A stretch of DNA of 64,000 nt from Clostridiales bacterium (lineage in GTDB: Bacteria > Bacillota > Clostridia > Oscillospirales > CAG-272): assembly GCA_016288155.1 (NCBI GenBank), contig JAEEYP010000048.1:1735-65734 (forward strand), read 5' to 3'. Each line of letters starts with the position of its first letter. Position 1 is the first letter of the stretch. Under the pieces are notes generated by a model, which did no database searches, was not told the origin of the DNA, and saw nothing but the letters and a program-made list of their open reading frames with translations. This document shows positions 7,710-16,008 of this stretch, one piece after another. A program made the translations under genes and the position numbers.

Positions 7710-9107
7710 TCACAGCCCGAGCAGGCGGGAGGCGACGGCGAAGTAGAGGAGCAGCGACAGCGCGTCGACGATCGTCGTGATGAGCGGCGACGCCATCACG
7801 GCGGGGTCGAAGCCGAGGCGCTTCGCGATGAGCGGCAGCGTGCAGCCGACGGCTTTCGCCGTCATGACGGTCAGCGTCATCGTCAGAGCGACGGTGAGCG
7901 CGACGAGCACCGTGACGCCCGCGTTGCCGAGGATCAGCCGGTCGATGAGCATCGCCTTGGCGAAACTCGCCGCGCCGAGGCAGAGACCGCACAGCCCCGC
8001 GACGCGGAGCTCCTTCCAGATCACGCGAAGGATGTCGGAAAACTCGATCTCGCCGAGCGACAGACCGCGGATCACGGTGACGGACGCCTGCGCGCCGGAG
8101 TTGCCGCCCGTGTCCATGAGCATCGGGATGAACGCGACGAGCGCGACCTGCGCGGCGAGCGCGTTCTCGAAGGTGGTGAGGATCATGCCGGTGAAGGTCG
8201 CGGAGATCATGAGAAGGAGCAGCCACGGGATGCGGTTGCGCCACAGTTCCCATACGCTCAGGCGCATGTACGATTTGTCGGACGGGAGGATAGCCGCCAT
8301 CTTCTCGATGTCTTCCGTGGTCTCTTCCTCGATGACGGTCAGCGCGTCGTCGACGGTGATGATGCCGACGAGCCGTTTTTCCTCATCGACGACGGGCAGC
8401 GCCAGAAAGCCGTAGTGACTGAGCAGCTTCGCCGCTTCCTCCCGGTCGCAGAGCGTGTTCACGGAGATCACGTTCGTGTCCATGACGTCCCCGACGCTCT
8501 GGTCGTCCTTGGCGAGCAGAAGCTCGCGCACGGTGATGACGCCCTCGAGGTATCGCTTCTGATCGGTGACGTAGCAGGTGTAGATCGTCTCGGAATCCGC
8601 GCCGGTGCGGCGGATATGCTCGATCGCCTCCGGCACCGTCATGGAGGCTTTCAGGTGCGTGTACTCCGCGGTCATGACGCTCCCGGCGGAGTTCTCCGGG
8701 TATTTGAGGAACTGATTGATGAGCGAGCGCGTCTCCGGCGACGCGATGCGCAATATCCGCTTGACGACGTTGGCGGGCAGTTCCTCCAGCATGTCGACCG
8801 CGTCGTCGATGTACAGCTCTTCTACGATGGCGCCCATTTCGGAATCCGTCACGCCGGTGATGAGCTCCTCCTGCTTGTCCGGATCCAGGTACGAGAAGAC
8901 CTCCGCCGCCCATTCCTTCGGCAGCGTGCGGAAGGCGACGAGCGCCTCGTCCTGCGGAAGCGTGCCGAGCCATTCCGCGATGTCCACTTCCTGGAAATCC
9001 TGATACGTCTCGCGGAGCTCGCGCAGCTTATGCGCCTGTACGAGTTCCGTCAGGCGGTCGGTCTCCGGGACGTACGGCGCCGTTTGCGTTGTTTTTTCCT
9101 GTTCCAT
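7710..9107 (-). CDS. mgtE: Magnesium transporter MgtE
   Basis: Trimmed to the ATG at 9107 (MEQEKTTQ...), with RBS aaaggagaa upstream. Architecture is the MgtE N-domain, tandem CBS region and C-terminal TM domain (GNSGAQASV, ASPLITTIVDA). Confidence 0.85.
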   Translation of the reverse strand: MEQEKTTQTAPYVPETDRLTELVQAHKLRELRETYQDFQEVDIAEWLGTLPQDEALVAFRTLPKEWAAEVFSYLDPDKQEELITGVTDSEMGAIVEELYIDDAVDMLEELPANVVKRILRIASPETRSLINQFLKYPENSAGSVMTAEYTHLKASMTVPEAIEHIRRTGADSETIYTCYVTDQKRYLEGVITVRELLLAKDDQSVGDVMDTNVISVNTLCDREEAAKLLSHYGFLALPVVDEEKRLVGIITVDDALTVIEEETTEDIEKMAAILPSDKSYMRLSVWELWRNRIPWLLLLMISATFTGMILTTFENALAAQVALVAFIPMLMDTGGNSGAQASVTVIRGLSLGEIEFSDILRVIWKELRVAGLCGLCLGAASFAKAMLIDRLILGNAGVTVLVALTVALTMTLTVMTAKAVGCTLPLIAKRLGFDPAVMASPLITTIVDALSLLLYFAVASRLLGL

Positions 9108-9300
9108 ACGGTTTCTCCTTTCGTTTTGCCGCCCGTCGGGCGGCATGGGGATACGGCCGTGCCGCCGTCTCCCCCGAAAGGAAGGGAAGGGACGGCGCGG
9201 TCTGCCGGGACGCATAAGGGAGGATTACTTCGCCCGGGTATACTCATGCCGTCTCACCCCTTTTTGCAGGTACGGAAACCGTACGCTTCATTCTGCCAAC

Positions 9301-9329
9301 AGTATAGCACATTTTGCGCGGCAATGCAA
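9301..9329 (-). promoter_or_regulatory. Putative promoter of mgtE
   Basis: On the minus strand: TTGCAT, a 17-nt spacer, then TATACT. It would give a ~185-nt leader. Confidence 0.5.
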
Positions 9330-9380
9330 TCCGGGAAACGCAGAAACGGAGAAAAAACGCGCACATTTGCGCAAAACCCA

Positions 9381-9409
9381 TTGACGGACGGCGGGGAGGG
9401 GGGTATAAT
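9381..9409 (+). promoter_or_regulatory. Putative promoter of the 9446 gene
   Basis: TTGACG (9381..9386), a 17-nt spacer, then TATAAT (9404..9409). Confidence 0.6.
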
Positions 9410-9445
9410 TTTACTGCAATCATCGGGAATCGGGAGATATCTGTT

Positions 9446-11509
9446 ATGACAAGTATCGGCAAGGAATATCTGACCATGCTCCGCGAATGGGCGGAGGCGA
9501 TGCGCCCCTATCTTTTCACGCCCGCGGACCGTCCCGACCTCACCTATTACGGCGACGGTACGAACGGCTGGGGCACCCAGACGAACCAGAAGGCGCTCGC
9601 GGCGCTCGCCGCGCTCGCGACGCTGCCGGGCGGCGAGCCGAAGTGGATCCCCACGGCGCTCGCCATGCTCCGCTATTCGCTCGAATCGCACCTCGTCGGT
9701 TCCTATCATCTCTCCGACGGGGAGGACATGAAGTGGGGGCACACGTGGATCTCTCCGCTCGGCGTGGAACGGATGATGTTCGGCGTGGACCTGCTCCTCC
9801 CGTACATGACGGAGGACGACCGGGCGCTCTTACGCCGCATGCTGATCTCCGAGGCGGACTGGCACCTGACGGACTGGCCGGTCAGGGCGGGGCTCGTCGA
9901 CTGGAACTTCCCGGAGAGCAACATGTGGAACGGCGCGCTCCTCCTCCGCACCGCCTCGCTCTATCCGGACTGCCCGAACGCGGCGGCGTACGTCGACCGC
10001 GGGACGGATTTCCTCGTCAACGCGGTCTCCGTGCCGTCGACGTCGCAGGAGAAGACGGTCTACGAGGGGAAGACGGCGGCAGAGCGCTTCGTCGGCGCGA
10101 ATTTCTTCGAGAGCTATGCGACGGACCATCATCACTACATGAACGTCGGATACATGGTCATCACGCTCTCGAACGCCTCCATGCTGTATTTCCACTACCG
10201 CACGCGCGGACTGCCCGTCCCGCCGGTGCTGCTCCACAATCTCGAGCGGCTGTGGCAGCTCGTCAAGTCCTTCCTCTATGAAGACGGGCGGCTCCTCCGG
10301 ATCGGCGGCGACACGCGCATCCGCTACTGCTACTGCCAGGATTATCTTCTCCAGACGCTGAACATGGCGGCGGATCTCTGGGGCGAGGAGACGGACGGCT
10401 GGGAACGCGGCTGGATCGGGCAGCTGATGAAGGAACGGACGTACAACGGGGACGGTTCCTTCCTCTCCCGCCGCGCGGAGATCTTCGTCGAGCGCTCGCC
10501 GCTCTACTACACGCGTCTGGAGTCGGACCGCGCCTCTTGCATCGCGTTCAGCGCCGTCCACCGTCATCTCTTCTCCGATTTCGCCGAACCGGCCGGACGG
10601 CGGGAGATCCCGCCGCTTACGGTGTGGTCCGATGCATATCACGGCTCGTATCTCGTCCGGGAACCGGGGCGGTACGCCGCGTTCACCTGGCGCGGGGCGG
10701 AGGGTCCGTCGGCGCTCTGCCTGCCGCCGGAGGATTCCTCCCTCGCCGAGTGGAAGCTCAACCTGACCGGGGCGGTGACGGGCAACGGTTCGGAGGAGAA
10801 CGCGAACATGCTCTCGTTCGGCGGACGCTCCTTCATCGGCGGCTTTCTGACGTGGGGCAGCTACGTGTCGCACACGCGCGGACTGCTCGAGGAGCAGATC
10901 CGCGAGGAGGATACCGTCCGCACGCAGCTCGTGTGCGCGGCGCTGCCGGACGGGAAGACGATGATCGTGATGCAGTACGCGCGCGCCGTGAAGAACTGTC
11001 ATATCACTTCCGCGTCGCCTCTGCATCTGAATATCCCGAACGACGTCTTCAACGGGTTCTCCCGTACCTACACGGAGTCCGAGGGACGCGTCACAGTGGA
11101 CGGACGGATGACGGTCATCCCCGCCTACGGCGGACGGCTGAAGATCCTGCGCCCGCCGTACCGGCAGATCGGCATCCGCGCCTCCCAGTGGGTCTATCCG
11201 ACGCGCGGCTTTCTGCACGCGGACGAGATCTCGATGGATCCGATCGAGACGCCCGTGTTCCTCGCCGCGGGGCAAATCGCGTTCGATATCGGCGCGGCGG
11301 TGACGCTCTCGCGCGGCGGCTTTGCCGCGGGCTCGGCGATCCGCGCCGTGCGCGACGGGACGCATCCGCTTCTGCGCGGCGTGACGTATACGGCGGACGA
11401 CGGGACGGCGTACACGGTGCTCGCCAATTTCGGCGAGACGGATGCGGAAGCCGTGATCGGCGGACGCGCCGTGACGGTCCCCGCCGGGGCGGGCGAGATC
11501 TTTTGGTGA
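9446..11509 (+). CDS. Hypothetical cytoplasmic protein, tentatively alpha/alpha-toroid plus beta-sandwich (heparinase II/III-like lyase fold)
   Basis: Start trimmed to the ATG at 9446 (MTSIGKEYL..), with RBS gggag upstream. No signal peptide. The motifs NFPESNMWNG and TDHHHYMNVGY resemble polysaccharide-lyase toroid active-site regions. The assignment is by eye only. Confidence 0.4.
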   Translation: MTSIGKEYLTMLREWAEAMRPYLFTPADRPDLTYYGDGTNGWGTQTNQKALAALAALATLPGGEPKWIPTALAMLRYSLESHLVGSYHLSDGEDMKWGHTWISPLGVERMMFGVDLLLPYMTEDDRALLRRMLISEADWHLTDWPVRAGLVDWNFPESNMWNGALLLRTASLYPDCPNAAAYVDRGTDFLVNAVSVPSTSQEKTVYEGKTAAERFVGANFFESYATDHHHYMNVGYMVITLSNASMLYFHYRTRGLPVPPVLLHNLERLWQLVKSFLYEDGRLLRIGGDTRIRYCYCQDYLLQTLNMAADLWGEETDGWERGWIGQLMKERTYNGDGSFLSRRAEIFVERSPLYYTRLESDRASCIAFSAVHRHLFSDFAEPAGRREIPPLTVWSDAYHGSYLVREPGRYAAFTWRGAEGPSALCLPPEDSSLAEWKLNLTGAVTGNGSEENANMLSFGGRSFIGGFLTWGSYVSHTRGLLEEQIREEDTVRTQLVCAALPDGKTMIVMQYARAVKNCHITSASPLHLNIPNDVFNGFSRTYTESEGRVTVDGRMTVIPAYGGRLKILRPPYRQIGIRASQWVYPTRGFLHADEISMDPIETPVFLAAGQIAFDIGAAVTLSRGGFAAGSAIRAVRDGTHPLLRGVTYTADDGTAYTVLANFGETDAEAVIGGRAVTVPAGAGEIFW

Positions 11510-11589
11510 AAAGCGGACGCGCGTCCGCACGGAAATAGAAAAACTGCCGGCACCCCCTTGCGGCGCCGGTTCCGAAGGAGGCATCCCGT

Positions 11590-12501
11590 ATGCAGCACTA
11601 CAAGCACGTCATCGTCGCGGGGGTCGACGGCGCCGGCGCGTTCTTCCGCGTCGCCGACACTCCGTGTTTCGACCGGATCTTCGGGAGCGGCGCCGTGACC
11701 TATACGGCGCTGGCTTCCCGCCCTTCCATCAGCGCCGAATGCTGGGGCTCCATGCTCATCGGCGTCGGGCCGGAGGTCCATAAGCTGACGAACGACGTCG
11801 TGTCGAAAAAACCGTATCCGGCCGATTCTCCGTTCCCGTCGCTCTTCCGCCGTATCCGCACGGCGATGCCCGACGCACCGCTCGGCGCCTTCTGCTGCTG
11901 GTCCCCGATCCTTTCCGGGATCATGGAGCAGGATCAGAACGTGACGAACGCCGCCGTGTGGGACAAGGATATCCCGCGCGTGGCAGGCGACTATATCAAA
12001 GAAAAGAAGCCGGCTTTCCTCTTCATGCATTTCGACAGCCCCGACGGCGTCGGTCACCATAACGGGTACGGTTCTCCCGAGCAGCTCGCGCAGATCCACG
12101 CGGTGGACGCGTTCGTGGGTGAAGTCTACGACGCGGTCGTCTCCGCAGGCATAGCGCAGGACACGCTCTTCATGCTGATCGCCGATCACGGCGGCACGCC
12201 CTCCACGGGCCCCGCCGGTCACGGCGGCTGGACGGACGAGGAGAAGTACGTGACATTCGCGGCGTGCGGCCGCGGCGTCCGGCACGGTGCCGTCGGCGAG
12301 ATGAACGTCCGCGATCTTTCGGCGATCGTTCTGTACGCGTTGGGGATCGACGCGCCCGCCTTCGACGAGAAGGGCTGGACGTCGCAGATCCCGGAGGGTC
12401 TCTTCGAGGATCCGTCGATCCCGGCGTACCGCGACATCTCCCACCTGACCGGCGCCGCGCCGCGGCGGTCAGATTCTCCCCATACCTCGGTGCCGGTCTA
12501 A
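11590..12501 (+). CDS. Alkaline phosphatase superfamily protein (type I phosphodiesterase / nucleotide pyrophosphatase-like)
   Basis: 303 aa. Metal-ligand-like blocks are VIVAGVDGAG, FMHFDSPDGVGHHNGYG and LIADHGGT. No signal peptide. Confidence 0.6.
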   Translation: MQHYKHVIVAGVDGAGAFFRVADTPCFDRIFGSGAVTYTALASRPSISAECWGSMLIGVGPEVHKLTNDVVSKKPYPADSPFPSLFRRIRTAMPDAPLGAFCCWSPILSGIMEQDQNVTNAAVWDKDIPRVAGDYIKEKKPAFLFMHFDSPDGVGHHNGYGSPEQLAQIHAVDAFVGEVYDAVVSAGIAQDTLFMLIADHGGTPSTGPAGHGGWTDEEKYVTFAACGRGVRHGAVGEMNVRDLSAIVLYALGIDAPAFDEKGWTSQIPEGLFEDPSIPAYRDISHLTGAAPRRSDSPHTSVPV

Positions 12502-12564
12502 GGGGAGCGATTCTAAAAAAAAACGATGAATCTGCAAAAAACCGAAGAATCTGCAAATTATCTC

Positions 12565-12593
12565 TTGACACGGCTCCCCCGGCGTGCTATAAT
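12565..12593 (+). promoter_or_regulatory. Sigma-A type promoter for T-box leader 2
   Basis: TTGACA (12565..12570), a 17-nt spacer, then an extended -10 TGcTATAAT (12585..12593). Confidence 0.75.
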
Positions 12594-12613
12594 GAATCAA
12601 CAACCGAATAACA

Positions 12614-12881
12614 GGCGTTGACGAAGACGGCGGAAAAGCGGTACTCCAGAGAGTCGGCGGGCGGTGCGAGCCGACGTATTCCTTTTCAGAAGCCTATCCC
12701 TTCCGAGCCGGAAGGCTGAACCCCCGCGAGGGCAAGTAGGTCTTCCCGTGATTGCTGCGTAAAGGCATAGGGCTTATTGGAGCCTGAGAGGCATCGGCGT
12801 CCGCCGGTGCAATTTGAGTGGTACCGCGGGTTTTGTTTTCAGACCCGTCTCAAAGCGATTTGAGACGGGTTTTTATTTTTT
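12614..12881 (+). promoter_or_regulatory. T-box leader (tRNA-sensing transcription attenuator), leader 2
   Basis: - K-turn GGC-GUU-GA-C-GAAG paired with CUUC-C-GA-GCC
- AGAGAG bulge (12648..12653)
- distal loop GGGCGGUGCGA
- T-box AAUUUGAGUGGUACCGCGGGU (12811..12831)
- terminator ACCCGUCUCAAAGCGAUUUGAGACGGGU followed by a U-run (12843..12881). Confidence 0.9.
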
Positions 12882-12899
12882 GAATCGGAGGATCCTGTC

Positions 12900-15182
12900 A
12901 TGCAGAACAGCGAGCAGAACGTCGGCGTCCCGATGACGCAGCTTGAGGAGATGGCGCACCGCATCCGCGACATGCGCGAGATCGCGGGACTGACGGCGGC
13001 GCAGATGGCGCAGAAAACGGAGATCACGGAGGAGGAATACCTGCGTTACGAGGAAGGGAAGGTGGATTTCCCCTTCACGTTCCTGCACAAATGCGCGCTC
13101 GCTTTCGGCATTGAGATTACGGAGATCCTCGAGGGGCACGGCGCGCGCCTTGCCTCTTATACCGTGACCCGGAAAGGGAAGGGCGCCCGCACCGCGCACG
13201 AGGACGGCATCGAGATCGCCGACCTCGCGCCGATGTTCCGCGGCAAGCTCGCTGAGCCGTATTGGGTACGCTATACGTATTCCGACGCGCTCCAGTCCGC
13301 GCCGATCCACTGCACGAAGCATGCCGGACAGGAGTTCGACCTCGTTCTGAGCGGGCGGCTGCGCGTGCAGGTCGGCACGCACACCGAGGAGCTCGCCGAG
13401 GGAGACAGCATCTTCTACAACAGCTCGACGCCGCACGGCATGATCGCCGTCGGCGGCGAGGACTGCGTTTTCCTCGCGTTCGTCATGACGGGCGAACCCT
13501 CCGGCGAGGACGTGCTCCATCCGGAATACATCTCCGCCCCGCAGACGGAGCGGCTGACCGTCGAGAAATTCGCGCACACGAAGACGGACGCGAACGGCCT
13601 GTTGACGGAGGTGCATTTCGAGAATGCCGACCGCTTCAACTTCGCCTTCGACATCGTCGACACGCTCGGCCGCGAGAAGCCGGACCAGCTCGCGATGATC
13701 CACCTCGACGGGGAGAAGAACGAGCGCCGCTTCACCTTCGCGGACATGAAGCGCGCTTCCTCCCAGTGCGCGAATTACTTCAAGGCGCTCGGCATCCGGC
13801 GCGGCGACCGCGTCATGCTCGTGCTCAAGCGGCACTGGCAGTTCTGGCCGGCGATCCTCGGTCTGCACAAGCTCGGCGCCGTCGCCATCCCGGCGACGAA
13901 CCAGCTTCACGAGCACGATTTCGTCTACCGCTTCGACGCGGCGGGCGTCTCCGCCGTGCTCTGCACCGCGGACGGACAGACCGCCGCCGACGTGGACGCC
14001 GCCGCCGCGAAGTGCCCGTCGGTCAAGCTGAAGATCCTCGTCGGCGGACAGCGCGAGGGCTGGCGCGATTTCAACGGAGAATACAGCCTCTTCACCGGCA
14101 AGTTCGAGCGCACGGAGGACGCTCCCTGCGGGGACGACACGATGCTCATGTTCTTCACCTCCGGCACGACCGGCTATCCGAAGATGGCGATGCATTCCTA
14201 TAAGTATCCGCTCGGGCATTACCTGACGGCGCGCTACTGGCACAACATCCATCCGGGCGGGCTCCATCTGACGATCTCCGACACCGGCTGGGGCAAGGCG
14301 CTCTGGGGCAAGCTCTACGGCCAGTGGATGTGCGAGGCCGCCGTCTTCACCTACGATTTCGACCGCTTCCACGCAAACGATATCCTGCCGCTCTTCGCGC
14401 AGTATCAGATCACGACTTTCTGCGCGCCGCCGACGATGTACCGCATGCTCATAAAGGAAGACATCTCCCGCTACGATCTTTCCTCGATCCGCTATGCGAC
14501 GACGGCGGGCGAGGCGCTCAACCCGGAGGTCTTCCGGCAGTTCGAGAAGCAGACGGGGCTGAGGATCATGGAGGGCTTCGGACAGACGGAGACGACGCTG
14601 ACGATCGGCAACATGGTCGGCGCGCCCGCCAAGATCGGCTCTATGGGACGGCCGGTACCGCTGTACGACATCGACCTCGTCGACCCGGACGGGAATCCCG
14701 TGCCGGACGGCGAGACGGGCGAGATCGTCGTCCGCACGGACCGGGAGATCCCCTGCGGGCTCTTCAAGGGCTACTACGAGGCGCCGGACAAGACGGAGGA
14801 GGTCTGGCACGACGGCATGTACCACACGCGCGACCTCGCATGGCGGGATGAGGACGGCTACTTCTGGTACGTCGGCCGTGCGGACGACGTCATCAAGTCG
14901 TCCGGCTACCGCATCGGACCGTTCGAGATCGAATCCGTCATCATGGAGCTGCCGTACGTGCTCGAATGCGGCGTGTCCGCCGCGCCGGACGAGATCCGCG
15001 GGCAGGTCGTAAAGGCGAGCATCGTGCTCACGAAGGGGACCGTCGGCACGGAGGAACTGAAGAAGGAGATCCAGGACTACGTGAAGAAGCAGACCGCGCC
15101 GTACAAGTACCCGCGCATCGTCGTTTTCCGGGACGAGCTGCCGAAGACGATCAGCGGCAAGATCATGCGCAATAAACTCTGA
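12900..15182 (+). CDS. Paralogous three-domain fusion: XRE-family HTH + cupin + ACSM/MACS-type acyl-CoA synthetase
   Basis: 760 aa, collinear with the 3450..5747 product. Both carry the FTSGTTGYPKMA motif, and the stretch SGYRIGPFEIESVIMELPYVLECGVSA is identical in both. RBS ggagg lies upstream. Confidence 0.85.
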   Translation: MQNSEQNVGVPMTQLEEMAHRIRDMREIAGLTAAQMAQKTEITEEEYLRYEEGKVDFPFTFLHKCALAFGIEITEILEGHGARLASYTVTRKGKGARTAHEDGIEIADLAPMFRGKLAEPYWVRYTYSDALQSAPIHCTKHAGQEFDLVLSGRLRVQVGTHTEELAEGDSIFYNSSTPHGMIAVGGEDCVFLAFVMTGEPSGEDVLHPEYISAPQTERLTVEKFAHTKTDANGLLTEVHFENADRFNFAFDIVDTLGREKPDQLAMIHLDGEKNERRFTFADMKRASSQCANYFKALGIRRGDRVMLVLKRHWQFWPAILGLHKLGAVAIPATNQLHEHDFVYRFDAAGVSAVLCTADGQTAADVDAAAAKCPSVKLKILVGGQREGWRDFNGEYSLFTGKFERTEDAPCGDDTMLMFFTSGTTGYPKMAMHSYKYPLGHYLTARYWHNIHPGGLHLTISDTGWGKALWGKLYGQWMCEAAVFTYDFDRFHANDILPLFAQYQITTFCAPPTMYRMLIKEDISRYDLSSIRYATTAGEALNPEVFRQFEKQTGLRIMEGFGQTETTLTIGNMVGAPAKIGSMGRPVPLYDIDLVDPDGNPVPDGETGEIVVRTDREIPCGLFKGYYEAPDKTEEVWHDGMYHTRDLAWRDEDGYFWYVGRADDVIKSSGYRIGPFEIESVIMELPYVLECGVSAAPDEIRGQVVKASIVLTKGTVGTEELKKEIQDYVKKQTAPYKYPRIVVFRDELPKTISGKIMRNKL

Positions 15183-15190
15183 GAGAAGAA

Positions 15191-15236
15191 GCGGGGGCTC
15201 CGCGCGGAAAATTCCCCGGAGCCCCGCGATTTTTTC
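15191..15236 (+). terminator. Intrinsic terminator
   Basis: Hairpin GCGGGGGCUCCG...CGGAGCCCCGC followed by a U-run. Confidence 0.8.
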
Positions 15237-15247
15237 GCCGATCCCTA

Positions 15248-15276
15248 TTGACAAGCGGCGGGATATGTGCTATAAT
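15248..15276 (+). promoter_or_regulatory. Promoter of the infC-rpmI-rplT operon
   Basis: TTGACA (15248..15253), a 17-nt spacer, then TGcTATAAT. Confidence 0.75.
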
Positions 15277-15283
15277 ACACCGG

Positions 15284-15395
15284 AATCAAGAAGAACCGAC
15301 CCGTTCTCACCGTACCGCTATTGCGCGTACGGTTCATACAAACCGTTTTTTTCGTGCGGCGAAGATGGAGTCGGTTCGGCTCCGTCTATTTTTTT
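15284..15395 (+). promoter_or_regulatory. L20-type leader with intrinsic attenuator upstream of infC
   Basis: ~140-nt untranslated leader ending in the hairpin GAUGGAG-ucgguucgg-CUCCGUC followed by UAUUUUUUU (15364..15395). Position and architecture match the L20 (rplT) autoregulatory leader known in Firmicutes. Sequence-level homology was not verified. Confidence 0.55.
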
Positions 15396-15420
15396 CTCAC
15401 TGTATGGGAGGTGCTGCACC

Positions 15421-15942
15421 ATAGCAAAGGAACTGTTGATCAATGATCAGATCAAGGTCAAGGAGACCCGCATGCTCGACGAGAACGGGAATCAGCTCGG
15501 CATCATGACGCTCGCTCAGGCGCGCCAGTACGCGTATGACCACGGCGTCGATCTTGTTCTGATCGCTCCGCAGGCGACGCCGCCTGTATGCCGCGCCATG
15601 GATTACGGAAGGTATCGGTATGAGTGCGACAAGAAGGACAAGGAAGCGAAGAAAAAGCAAACCGTGACGGAGGTCAAGGAGGTCCAGCTCTCCTGCCGGA
15701 TCGACACGCATGACTTCGAGACGAAGGTGAATCATGCGCTCCGATTCCTCGGCGCGGGGAACAAGGTGCGCGTCTGCCTGAAATTCCGCGGGCGCGAGAT
15801 GGCGCACCAAAGTCTCGGCCACGAGATCCTCGAACGCTTTGCACAGGCCTGCAGCGAATGCAGCACCGTTGAGAAAAAGCCGGTGCTGGAGGGACGGCAG
15901 GTCACGATGTTCCTTGCTCCCGTCAAGCAGAATGCGAAGTAA
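15421..15942 (+). CDS. infC: Translation initiation factor IF-3
   Basis: The conserved IF-3 sequence begins IAKELLINDQIKVKETRMLDENGNQLGIM. There is no in-frame ATG/GTG/TTG near the RBS (gggaggtg at 15406..15413). The codon at 15421 is ATA, consistent with the atypical start codons characteristic of infC. Confidence 0.85.
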   Translation: MAKELLINDQIKVKETRMLDENGNQLGIMTLAQARQYAYDHGVDLVLIAPQATPPVCRAMDYGRYRYECDKKDKEAKKKQTVTEVKEVQLSCRIDTHDFETKVNHALRFLGAGNKVRVCLKFRGREMAHQSLGHEILERFAQACSECSTVEKKPVLEGRQVTMFLAPVKQNAK

Positions 15943-16008
15943 ACAGTTCCGCGCCGCGGACCGCGGCTTTCCCGTTGGGTAAATTCATTAACCGAAAGGA
16001 AGCAAATC

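Noticed and set aside
9108-9293. Canonical M-box (ykoK) Mg2+ riboswitch upstream of mgtE
   Set aside because: It was expected from gene context. By eye, however, the conserved M-box cores (GUUAGGUGAGGCU, GUUAAGG, AGUGCCAAAGC) are absent. It is kept only as a 'structured leader' finding pending a covariance-model search.
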